Shown here: positions 12,032 to 21,162 of the stretch, piece by piece
How positions within the stretch are numbered: position 1 is the stretch's first letter
Layout of the letters: each line of letters begins with the position of its first letter
From: Elsinoe ampelina
Taxonomy: Eukaryota
Reading direction: 5' to 3'
Assembly (NCBI GenBank): GCA_010093995.1
Contig: ML992505.1
Location: 808,273-872,272 of the forward strand
Length of the DNA: 64,000 nt
Notes under the pieces: model-generated
The model's database searches: none
Told to the model about the DNA's origin: nothing
The model's input: only the letters and a program-made list of their open reading frames with translations
Program-made: the position numbers and the translations under genes

Positions 12032-12494
12032 TATTACGAACTGTCTAAACATAGTCTACGCTAGTAGTCTAAGCTAAGCTAAGAACGAGAGAGTTTTACT
12101 TCTATAGTAGTATAGCACTAAGGTAAGAGTTAGAGAAGGTATATCTTATAGATAATAAAGTACAATTAGATAGTATTATAAAGGCTAGCCTTAGCAATAC
12201 TAGTGTTCGCTATCTAAACGAGGTTAACTATAGTACTTATATAAGGTAAAGACTATTCCTATATATATATATTCTCCCTTATGTTCTCTATATACTCTAT
12301 GTACTCTATAGCGAGAGTCGAGAGTAATATAGAGTACACGTCCGCTAGTAACCTACGCGCTCTATAGTTTTAGGGGCAGAGCCGCTAGAGAAGATAGAGA
12401 ACTAAGTAAATGTCGAGCTAGGTTACGTAATAATCTTAATAGCTTAATTAGTCCTAACGTCCCTATATTCTAGCTGTCCTACTAGTTCGTAATA
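12032..12494 (-). repeat. 5' LTR
   Basis: 463 bp with termini RIPed to TA..TA; ~39 differences from the other LTR by manual count, all transitions, no indels. Confidence 0.96.
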
Positions 12495-13349
12495 GTTAGA
12501 TATATACTTAGAGGAGCTATAGAATCATTTAGAGTCCTATTAGTCAATTACTATATTAATTAGTACTATCTCTAGAGGGCTAAAAAAGTTAAATTATATA
12601 TATAAGGTATTAAGTCGTACTACTAGCTAGAGGGATAAGGTACTCTATACTAAGTACTATAAAGAGATAGAGGCGTTTACTGCCGACTAGCTTATATATA
12701 TTAATAAGACTATAGTTAATAAGAAGACTCTATAGCGCTACTCTAGCTAGTTACTAAAGAGGTTACTAGCTATAGATCGCTTAGTAAGGAAGATAAGCAA
12801 GCGCTAGTTAGTACTTCTAGCGCTTACTATTAATAGATATCTCTATAGCATAAAGGTGTTTTAAGGCTTAATTATAGCTATAATATTTAAGTACTAGCTT
12901 TAAGAGGAGGTACTACTATAGTACTTACCTTATCTAGGCCTATAGTTAGTATTAGTGTTAGATAATTGTTAAATTTACTAGAGGAAGGTACGTAAAGAGT
13001 TTACTATCGCTGCTACTAGCTACTTAGCTAATTACGTTAGGTAGTAATTAACCTCTATTAATAGTATAGTATTTTAGTACAATTCTTACCTAGCTATTTA
13101 CTAGATTATAATCTAATTAAGCCTAGCTTCTATGTATTAAAGCAGTATATATAGCGTAATAGAAAAGAAACGCTATAGCTTAATATAGAGAAATACTAGC
13201 GTTAGTTTAAGGTGTTTATCTACGAGTCCTATAAGGACTTTTAGAGTAGTATTAACTTTAGAGCACTATTTAAAAACTATAGATATAGGCTTAAATAAAG
13301 TCACCTATCTATTGCTATTAATCTACTATAATTGTATACTACGCTTAGA

Positions 13350-15100
13350 TTACTCCTCCTCGTCGGATAATACTATACTAGGTATCTACTAAATAAAGAG
13401 GCTAAGGTACTACTTTACCTTTACCCTAATACTATAAGGAGGAATTATTCTCTCTAGCATCTTATTACTTAATTACAAGAGCAATTTAAGGTCCTAGTAA
13501 TCTATAATAAGCTACTAAGTAGCGTTATAAAGAGGTACCTTAAAGTAAGAGTAGCGCTATATAAGAGAGTTAAAAAAGCAAGTAATATATTAAGGGTCTT
13601 TAGCCTTAAAAGAGAGTAAGCTTAACTAGAGGATTTTATAATTGCTATTACTCGTTGTTAGTATAGAAGGGAGTTAAGGAGTAGTTAGAAGAGCTAAGGG
13701 TAACTCTAGATAAGGTACTAAAGGCTAGCTACTATTATAGAAGTACTAGTTAAAGATAGAGGTAGAAGGAGGCCTATAAGGAGAAGAGTTAGATTTACCT
13801 TATTGCCTCTTGTATTACTTATACTTAGCTAACTACTTATTCTTATAAGCCTTAGTAGTAGCAGTAATAAAATTAATAATATAGACTAATAGCCTACTAG
13901 TAGTAGACTAGTCTATAGTAGTATTACGCTACTATTCGTTAATAATATTAGTATCGATAGTATAGTAAGTGCTACTAATAACGATATATACTACCTTATC
14001 TATATTTAGACACCGGCTAGTTTTACACTAGTAAAACTCCTTAATATTACACTAAAACTACTTATAGAATATCTTCTTAGCCTACGTATTTAATGCTAAT
14101 AGTCCTCGTAGTATATCGTGGTCTAGTTATTATAGTATAGCTTAGAGGAGGTAGGTAGTAGTACCTCGAATTGTATAAGGATTAGTAGTATTAGCTAGTA
14201 CTAAGATATCTCCCTCGATAGAGATACTCTACTCTAAGGAGAACCTCCTCTATTAATCGTTAACGTATAGTTATAGCTTCTTCTTCTTTAAACTATAGTA
14301 GTGCCTTATAAGGTCGACGACCTTATACTATAGTAGTCCTAGCACCTTAAAGTTATCTATAGAGTTAACGGGATTACCCTTTATAGAGGTAATAAAGAGC
14401 TTAGCCTTCTAAGAGAGAGAGTAGTATTATAGGCCTTACGTATAAGTAAATAGATAGATAGTAGTAGCTGCCTTATTATAGATACTACTAATACTACTAT
14501 TAACATTATAAAGCTTATTAAATTGCTTAAGCTTCTTACTATTAAAGTAAATAGTCTATACTAAGACGAACTAGACATTTAGAGGAGGTATTAGTAATTA
14601 CTAAGTCTAAGAGTTAGTAGAAGGACTTAGCAACTTTTATTAATAGTAACAGCGAGGTAGTTTTAACTTAGATTAACTCTATTACCTCCTTAATACTTAA
14701 GAGGCACCCTATAATGCTTCTCTACTAGTTGCCTTATTATCTAGTTACTCTTATATAGCTATTACTAAATTAGAAAGGGAAGGGAATATTAGTTAAGAGA
14801 TATACCTACTTAGTGCTAATATTATAGTACTCTAGTATATAACTCTTTAACTTTTTTAGAGAGGTTACTTAGCTTATAATTTAACCTCTTTAATCTCTTT
14901 AACTTTACCTCCTTCTTCTTTAATAACTATAGGTCGACTTTAGTACTTATACTTTCTCTAAATACTTCTCCTAGCTAGAGCCTCTAGATTAAGGTTCTTT
15001 AGAGACTTACTAGTATTTATATATACTATTCTTCTTACTAGCGCTTCTCTATTACTATCTCTATTAGCTTATAAAGTTTAAAGGCTAGCAAATTTAACAT
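13350..15100 (-). pseudogene. Second (accessory/cargo) gene of the Tc1-like transposon, ~567 aa, unknown function
   Basis: ATG 15100; putative 47-nt intron 14805-14759 (GTATAT..CTAAT..TAG); one frame to ...LSDEEE-TAA at 13352-13350. Internal stops are TAA/TAG, explicable as RIPed CAA/CAG/TGG codons. Confidence 0.7.
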
Positions 15101-15269
15101 AGTATAAGGATTAAGCCTAGGCTAATTAAGGGAGAGAGTTAATAATCTTATAGTCTCCTTCTAACATTAGTATAGCTAAGAGTTCTAAAAGGTTACTATA
15201 TTAAGGAGAGTATCTAGCATTTAATCTATCTTTATTAACTAGCTCTTTATTATGCTTAATAGACTAAGG

Positions 15270-15301
15270 GGGGGTATCGACAAGAGGGGGTATCGACAAG
15301 A
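15270..15301 (+). repeat. Tandem 16-bp direct repeat GGGGGTATCGACAAGA x2
   Basis: Two perfect copies flanked by G-runs, between the ORF2 start and the right TIR. Confidence 0.9.
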
Positions 15302-15427
15302 GGGGGGGAGCTTAGAGGTATATTAAAGGCGCTAGAGTCGAAGTTCTCTATCTTAGCAATTATCTAGTTAATTTGTATACAAGTTGGATCGATTAGATTA
15401 AACGATATATAATTTAGCTCGGCAGAG

Positions 15428-15560
15428 CTATTACACCTTTTTTTAGCTTCAAAAACGACGAATTAGGCAATTAATGGTAAGATGGGTGAGAATTGGTCAA
15501 TTTGGTGGTGGTTTACACGCTAATTTGCCAAGCAAATCCCAGCCCTTTTGCAAAGGAGAA
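15428..15560 (-). repeat. Right terminal inverted repeat
   Basis: AATTTGCCAAGCAAATCCCAGCCCTTTTGCAAAGGAGAA (15522-15560) followed by TA; inner block 15428-15452. Confidence 0.93.
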
Positions 15561-15710
15561 TAGCGATTAGTCAGCTTCGAGGTCCGGCTCTGTAGATTTT
15601 TGATAGACATTCAATTTCTAAGCACGTCGTATAAAGTGTCTGTCAGCCCCATACAGCACTTTCACATCATCAAAAACGTCAGAAAATCATAGAAAATCAC
15701 AACGATTCCA

Positions 15711-17189
15711 ATGTCGTCGAGCAATCCCGACCGCGAAGGTCAAGAGGACCCTCAGGATGACAACGAAATGCTCGATGTAGCGGACGCCGATGAAATCTTG
15801 GAAGAAGAGGGCGATGTAGCCATGGACTCTGGAGACGAGGGAGGAGAGCCTTTAGAAGAGATCGCACTTCAAAACGACAGCGTAGCACACTTTGACTCGC
15901 ACAATGACAGTATATTCTGCATAGCACAACACCCAACCAATCCCTCATTAGTCGCCACAGGAGGCGGCGACGACACAGCATACCTCTGGGAAGCCGTTCC
16001 AGCACCACGTCCCGTCCTCCCCAAATCCTTCGAGACCAATCCCCAACCAGTAGAACGCCAATCCCTCCAAACCCTCGCCAAACTCTCCAACCACGCCGAC
16101 TCCGTCAACGCCATCACCTTCTCCCTCCCCGACGGCGCCTACCTCATCACCGCCGGTCTCGACGGCCGCATCAACATCCACGACACCAAATCTCACACCC
16201 TCCTCACCACCGCCCAAGAAGTCGAAGAAATCAATTGGCTCTCCCCGTCCCCCCACCCCTCCCACCCCAACACCTTCGCCCTCGGCGCCTCCGACGGCTC
16301 CATCTGGGTCTACACCATCGACCCCACCTCCTCTACCCCCCTCACCATCCTCCAAGCGTACTACCTCCACACCGGCCCCAGCACAGCCGGCACCTGGACG
16401 CCCGACGGCCGGCTGCTAGCCACAGTCTCGGAGGACTCCTCACTATACGTATGGGATCCTTTCTCCGAAGCCGCCGACGCAGGCCTCGTCGACGCCTCCA
16501 GCTCCACACAGACCGTCGTGGCGCTCACGGCGTCGGACGAGCGTTTCCGCGTCGACGGAGGGCTGTACAGCGTCGCCGTCTCCCCGGGCGGGGCCATCGT
16601 CGCGGTGGGCGGCGCAGAGGGACAGATCCGCGTGGTGGGCCTGCCGAGGTTCGGCGCGGGGGGTGCGTCGACATCGAAAGGTGGAGCGGGGGCAAAGGCC
16701 AAATCCGGGGGCGGGAAGCAAGCTGCTTCCAAGGCGGGGAGTGTCGCTGCTGGTCAGGCAGGTGTGATCCTCGCGGCGCTGGGGGCGCAGAGTGATGGCG
16801 TGGAAACGCTGGATTTCTCTCAGCCTCCGCTTACGTTGTTGGCGGCGGGGAGTGTGGATGGGACGATTGCGTTGTTTGATGTGGCGCATAATTTTGCTGT
16901 TAGGAGGGTGATTAAGGAGGCGCATGAGGAGGAGGCGGTGATTAAGGTTGAGTTTGTAAAGGAGGAGAGGGGATGGTTGTTGACTAGTGCCGGGAATGAT
17001 GGGGTGGTGAGGAGATGGGATGTGAGAGGAGGGACGGCGGCTGCGGGGCAAGGGTTTGCGGGGGAGTGGAGGGGGCATAGAGGGGGTGGGGAGGGAGGGG
17101 GGATTTTGGGGTTTGTGCAGGCAAGGGATGGGAAGCAGGTCGTGACGGCGGGGGATGATGGGGTGGCGCTGGTGTTCGAGACGGTGTAG
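15711..17189 (+). CDS. SQT1: WD40 ribosome-assembly chaperone Sqt1/AAMP
   Basis: Acidic N-terminus, then NDSVAHFDSHNDSIFCIAQHP..ATGGGDD and multiple WD repeats, ending VVTAGDDGVALVF. Confidence 0.88.
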   Translation: MSSSNPDREGQEDPQDDNEMLDVADADEILEEEGDVAMDSGDEGGEPLEEIALQNDSVAHFDSHNDSIFCIAQHPTNPSLVATGGGDDTAYLWEAVPAPRPVLPKSFETNPQPVERQSLQTLAKLSNHADSVNAITFSLPDGAYLITAGLDGRINIHDTKSHTLLTTAQEVEEINWLSPSPHPSHPNTFALGASDGSIWVYTIDPTSSTPLTILQAYYLHTGPSTAGTWTPDGRLLATVSEDSSLYVWDPFSEAADAGLVDASSSTQTVVALTASDERFRVDGGLYSVAVSPGGAIVAVGGAEGQIRVVGLPRFGAGGASTSKGGAGAKAKSGGGKQAASKAGSVAAGQAGVILAALGAQSDGVETLDFSQPPLTLLAAGSVDGTIALFDVAHNFAVRRVIKEAHEEEAVIKVEFVKEERGWLLTSAGNDGVVRRWDVRGGTAAAGQGFAGEWRGHRGGGEGGGILGFVQARDGKQVVTAGDDGVALVFETV

Positions 17190-17250
17190 GATGGATATGT
17201 GCTACGAAAAGAGCTCGTTGTCGTCAATGAGATGCTAGATATGTTCATGA

Positions 17251-18777
17251 TCAATCCTCCCTCCCACCATGGGGAGCAAACCACTTGTTATCCTGCTCGT
17301 ACACCGACACCCTCTTCCTCGCCCTCTCTATTCTCTGCTCCGTCAACCTATACGCATCCGGCAACTCGGTCTCCCCCGCCGCCTCCTCGATCGCCTCTCC
17401 CATCTCCCGTCCCTGCCTCAACCTCCCCACAATCCCCGCCACCGTCTTGCCACACAGCCACGTGTTCGGCATCCCATGCCCCGTGAAACCAGCGCACATG
17501 AACAACCCCTCCTTACCAGGCACCGGCCCGACAAAAGGCAACTCATCCCTTGAGAAACCCATGATACCGCTCCATGTCTTGACCATATCCAAGGGTTCCT
17601 TGTTCTTCAACGAGAAGTACATCGGCAGCGCCTCCCTCAACCACTTGGTCTGACGCTCGTCGACGAAACTATCGTCCGTCACGCCGACACGGGCACCATA
17701 CTTCTCTGCGCCACCGAACATGAGATGCCCGCCTTTCTCGCTGGGCCGCTGAATGAGGTAGTCATGCATGCCTTCCTTGGAGAAGCCGAAGGAGGTCTTG
17801 AGACGGTTGTCACCTGCCAGCTCAGGGGGTGGCAGAATACTGCTCATTTGTCCGCGGCAGGGGACGATCAGGTCTTTGAAGTCAGGGACGAGGGCGGAGG
17901 TGTACCCGTTTGTGGAGAGGATGACGGTCTTTGCGGTGACGGAGCCGCGGTCGGTCTTGACGGTCCAGGATCCGGAGTCTGAGCGGTGGAGAGAAGTCAC
18001 GGGAGTCCAGGTTTGAAGGTTGAAGCGGCCTTGGAGGCCTTCGTCCAGGACGAGATCTTCGATCACGCCGGTCACGAATTTGTATGGCCAGACGCGGGCG
18101 GCGACATCGGTGACTACGGCTGCTGCTGCATCGGGCACGCCCAAACGGGTGAGCTGGTCTTTGTCGGTGACATATGTGCAGCGAGAGGCCAGACTGGCAT
18201 CGTTCTTGGCTAGAGTCTCGAGATCCTTCTGCAGACGAGAGGTGGTGTCGTTCGTGTAGAGTGCTTGGACACCAGGTTGGGTCACAAACTCACAGGGGAA
18301 GGTCTTACGTGGAGGCGGACGAGGATCATCTTGTAGCTGTTCTCCAGCTAGACGTGCTAGATTTCGATGACCAGAGAGCTCAAAGTGGCCAATTGAGGGG
18401 TCATTTGGGTGCGTGAAGAGGAGTGGTTGACAATGGCCGCCATTCTAGGATCTCATCAGCATCCAATCTTGTACAGCCTTGAGTTCTCTTACTCTTCCAG
18501 TAGCTCCCCAACACACTTCTCTTGCATCCAGGAGAAGTACCGATGGTGCGTCCGAGTTTGCCCCGCTCTGATCATGCTGCCGATAAGGCTCCAGCAAGTG
18601 ATGGACGATACTCGTGCCAGATATGCCTGCTCCGATGACAGCAATATCTACCTCTGCTGGAAGCTCTCGAGTCGTCCGATGTCCCAGAAGCAAAGCAGAA
18701 GGTTCTGTGTGCCAGAAGGACTTGGAGGGGTCATGGTGGGGGAGGCTTGCGGGGTTGCCACCCTGGTCGTCAGCCAT
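17251..18777 (-). CDS. FAD-dependent oxidoreductase (DAO/PuuB-like family)
   Basis: VIGAGISG Rossmann motif, GATGR|NGGH across intron 18492-18445, TNGYT, WSGIMGFSRDELPFVG, AGFTGHGM. Confidence 0.92.
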
Positions 18778-19111
18778 GATTACAGGCTATTGAATGGTAC
18801 AGTACGAGTGATTGAGTGAAAAGAAGTCAAGTGTGGTCAGAGTATGTTGAGAACTGAGAGGAAGTGTTTCTGGATTTCGTTTGTGAGACAGAAAGCTATC
18901 CAGCTGCCTGAAGTCTCACACCGAAGATTCATCCCGAAGCTCTGTCGATCACACGCCCACTGGTGGGATCTTGTACCTCTCCCTGCATATTCCCGCGGCG
19001 GAGACGACACTAGTGCATGCAGTAATCCAGGCAAACCTGCAAGGACAGCACATCGGCATCCATATCTCGCACCTGTCAGACCTATTTCATGCATGTTCAT
19101 AATCGCGTATA

Positions 19112-20851
19112 CTACACTAGCTCCCATCCAAGACTGATCTCCAACATAGGAGCAGCACTTGTCCTCCTTATTCGTTGGATCCCAATCGCTACATCTCTCA
19201 GCTTGACCTGTTCCTCAATCCAGGCATCCGTAACTCGCTTTGTGTTTGCGGCCCAGGCCTCACAGACGTGGCATTTCCCCGCGATCCCTTCCATACTGCC
19301 AATCAGCCCACCGCAAGCATTGCACATAGTGTTACAAGACTGTCGTGATCGCCATTCATGCCCGATGCCGCTTGCTCCAACGGACACTTTGCCATCGATC
19401 TGAGACGACTGAGCAAGCGACCTCAGCTGGACCATCAAGCGCTGCCTTTCTACACTCGCATTCATGCTCTCGCGACTCCGAGGGTGGGACTCGGAGAACG
19501 AGTATGCAGTGACGTGCGGCAATGCATCTGCAGGTGTCATTTGGGCGATGTTCAAGAACGTAAGGTTCTTCCATGATCCTATCCAATCTGGGCCTATCCT
19601 GACGGCTGGCTGTGGAGCGGCCCAGTGATTATCATCGTTCATTCTCGTGTGGTGCAGTGCACCTCTTGATGGCATGGACACCTGATCTGGAAGAAGTGTT
19701 TGTAACCATGGACATCCTGTCAAGTCAAGGTGCTTCAGACAGTAGGTCGATTTAGAGAATTGACGTAGAAGAGCTCTCGCTTCTGTCAAGTCACCATCAA
19801 GCAGTGAATACATCGAGGTCCCTGAAGCAGCAAACGTGTTTCCTGCTGGGGATGACGTTGTAGCATTGACCAAATTCGGCGTCCGTGTCGGAAAGGGCCA
19901 TTGTGATAGAGACAGATGTGTGAGAGTAGGCACTTTCGAGGTCAGAGCTAGGAGATCCGTCCATGATACTGTCGGAGGGGCTTGAGCCAATGACAGCTTG
20001 GTGATTACAGAAGACCCACTGAGTGGGATAGTCGAGAGCGAGGTCGGTATCGAGGACTCTTCAGCGTCCCAGGACTCGGTCTCTCCGTCGTTGGAGGCTT
20101 GCTGTGCCGATCGCTCAGTCAGGATTGCAGTGGTCGACTTGATCGATATCGTCCACCCAGCCAAGGCAGTCAGATCCAGACAATCGACAGACTCCGAGTT
20201 TGATAGGAGTATCTCCAAAGCCCTAGGCGAAACACCTTCTTCGGGACCAAAGGAAGAGATGTAAGAGATTAACGTAGACCTGATATAACCAGGACATTCG
20301 CTCAAAAACCAAAGACCGTCATCATCAACAGACTGCCAATTAGTGGCCAGTGTCTTCAATACATGATGCAAAAGGCTCTGCCGAGGTATAAATCTTTGCC
20401 GCACCGATTCAACGAACCCAAAGTGACGACTTGCTCGAGGTCGCGATGTACACTTCTTCTCACCGAATTGGCGAGACCGTGCTACCGAGCCATTATGATA
20501 GCTGCCACTCCCATCGAGCCAACTACGAGGAGGAGCTGGTCCGGGCGTCCGCAGTCGTGTTCGTTGTCTTGTACCTGCCTTGGGTGCAGGTGGAGCAGAT
20601 TCGGGCACTCCAAGGATCCCTCCCAAGGACGGTGGAACAGATCTTTGGTTTGATCGAGCTGCAAAGTCGGCTTGCTGTTGTGCTTGCTCAGCGGAGGCCT
20701 GCTCTCGACGGAGTTGTGACAATCGCTCGTTGACAGTGGCGGGTGGCGCAGGTGGCGAATTGACCGTCGGACTCTTGCTGCTTCCAAGTGACGGGTGGGT
20801 GTAATTAGATGAACCTTGGTGATTGTACACTGGCTTATGTTTCTTTGGCAT
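19112..20851 (-). CDS. Fungal hypothetical protein with RNI/LRR-like repeats
   Basis: Long ORF from MPKKHK; LRR-like segments LDLTAL, ITKLSLA, LTHLSLSQW, LKHLDLTGCPWL. Confidence 0.75.
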   Translation of the reverse strand: MPKKHKPVYNHQGSSNYTHPSLGSSKSPTVNSPPAPPATVNERLSQLRREQASAEQAQQQADFAARSNQRSVPPSLGGILGVPESAPPAPKAGTRQRTRLRTPGPAPPRSWLDGSGSYHNGSVARSRQFGEKKCTSRPRASRHFGFVESVRQRFIPRQSLLHHVLKTLATNWQSVDDDGLWFLSECPGYIRSTLISYISSFGPEEGVSPRALEILLSNSESVDCLDLTALAGWTISIKSTTAILTERSAQQASNDGETESWDAEESSIPTSLSTIPLSGSSVITKLSLAQAPPTVSWTDLLALTSKVPTLTHLSLSQWPFPTRTPNLVNATTSSPAGNTFAASGTSMYSLLDGDLTEARALLRQFSKSTYCLKHLDLTGCPWLQTLLPDQVSMPSRGALHHTRMNDDNHWAAPQPAVRIGPDWIGSWKNLTFLNIAQMTPADALPHVTAYSFSESHPRSRESMNASVERQRLMVQLRSLAQSSQIDGKVSVGASGIGHEWRSRQSCNTMCNACGGLIGSMEGIAGKCHVCEAWAANTKRVTDAWIEEQVKLRDVAIGIQRIRRTSAAPMLEISLGWELV

Positions 20852-21162
20852 TATCTGGGGAGAAACACTCCACAAGAAGTGGATTGGAGGAAGGTTGATC
20901 TGTCAAAAAGAGGCGAAGTCCATGTGGCACCGCTGACTCACCCTGGCAATGGTCTCAGCTTTTGACAACCTTGACACTTCCCTCACCCATGATAGCAGCA
21001 AACTTGTTTTTATAAACAGATTCGAAGCTTCCTAAAGTCTTTCTCATGTCTTCGTGCGAGTCTGATGGTAGAACTTTGTGGCAAAGGTGAGTGCGTGACC
21101 ATATCAAAGGGGGATAATTTGCTCCAAGCAAGGGATTTCCACGCCCTCATTGAGAGGAGGAG

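Larger units (their letters stand above)
5481..12494 (-). mobile_element. Full-length RIP-inactivated Ty3/Gypsy LTR retrotransposon (chromovirus), 7014 bp
   Basis: Two 463-bp LTRs; 5-bp TSD GTTAG at 5476-5480 and 12495-12499; gag-PR-RT-RH-IN-chromodomain order on the minus strand; polypurine tract next to the left LTR. Confidence 0.96.
5225..13298 (+). pseudogene. DD34E transposase relic interrupted by the LTR element (parts 5225-5480, 12500-12987, 13041-13298)
   Basis: ATG 5225; frame rejoins exactly across one TSD copy (LFEEK-SDMYLEEL...VSISTISRGL, HTH-like). De-RIPed motifs: FTADQLVYIDE, RWSVLPALTIDGY, PYPGPRSVLVLDNC, FLPSYSPDYNPIE. 34 residues lie between D (12961) and E (13119) after removing intron 12988-13040. 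Confidence 0.9.
5010..15560 (+). mobile_element. RIP-inactivated Tc1/mariner (IS630-Tc1, DD34E) DNA transposon, ~3.5 kb once the nested LTR element is removed, two genes
   Basis: 39-bp TIRs 5010-5048 and 15522-15560 (1 mismatch); TA at 5008-5009 and 15561-15562; DD34E transposase relic inside; TpA-rich, CpA/TpG-depleted composition between the TIRs. Confidence 0.92.

Noticed and set aside
5010..15560. Starship-type element, centromere or horizontally acquired AT-rich DNA
   Set aside because: No tyrosine-recombinase captain is visible, and nearly all of the island is explained by two RIPed transposons with defined ends.
5006..15564. Alternative reading as a 43-bp TIR MULE/CACTA-type element or with a GC target duplication
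   Set aside because: No 9-bp or other longer TSD is present, and the DD34E transposase predicts a TA duplication; the extra GC symmetry fits a palindromic GCTAGC target.
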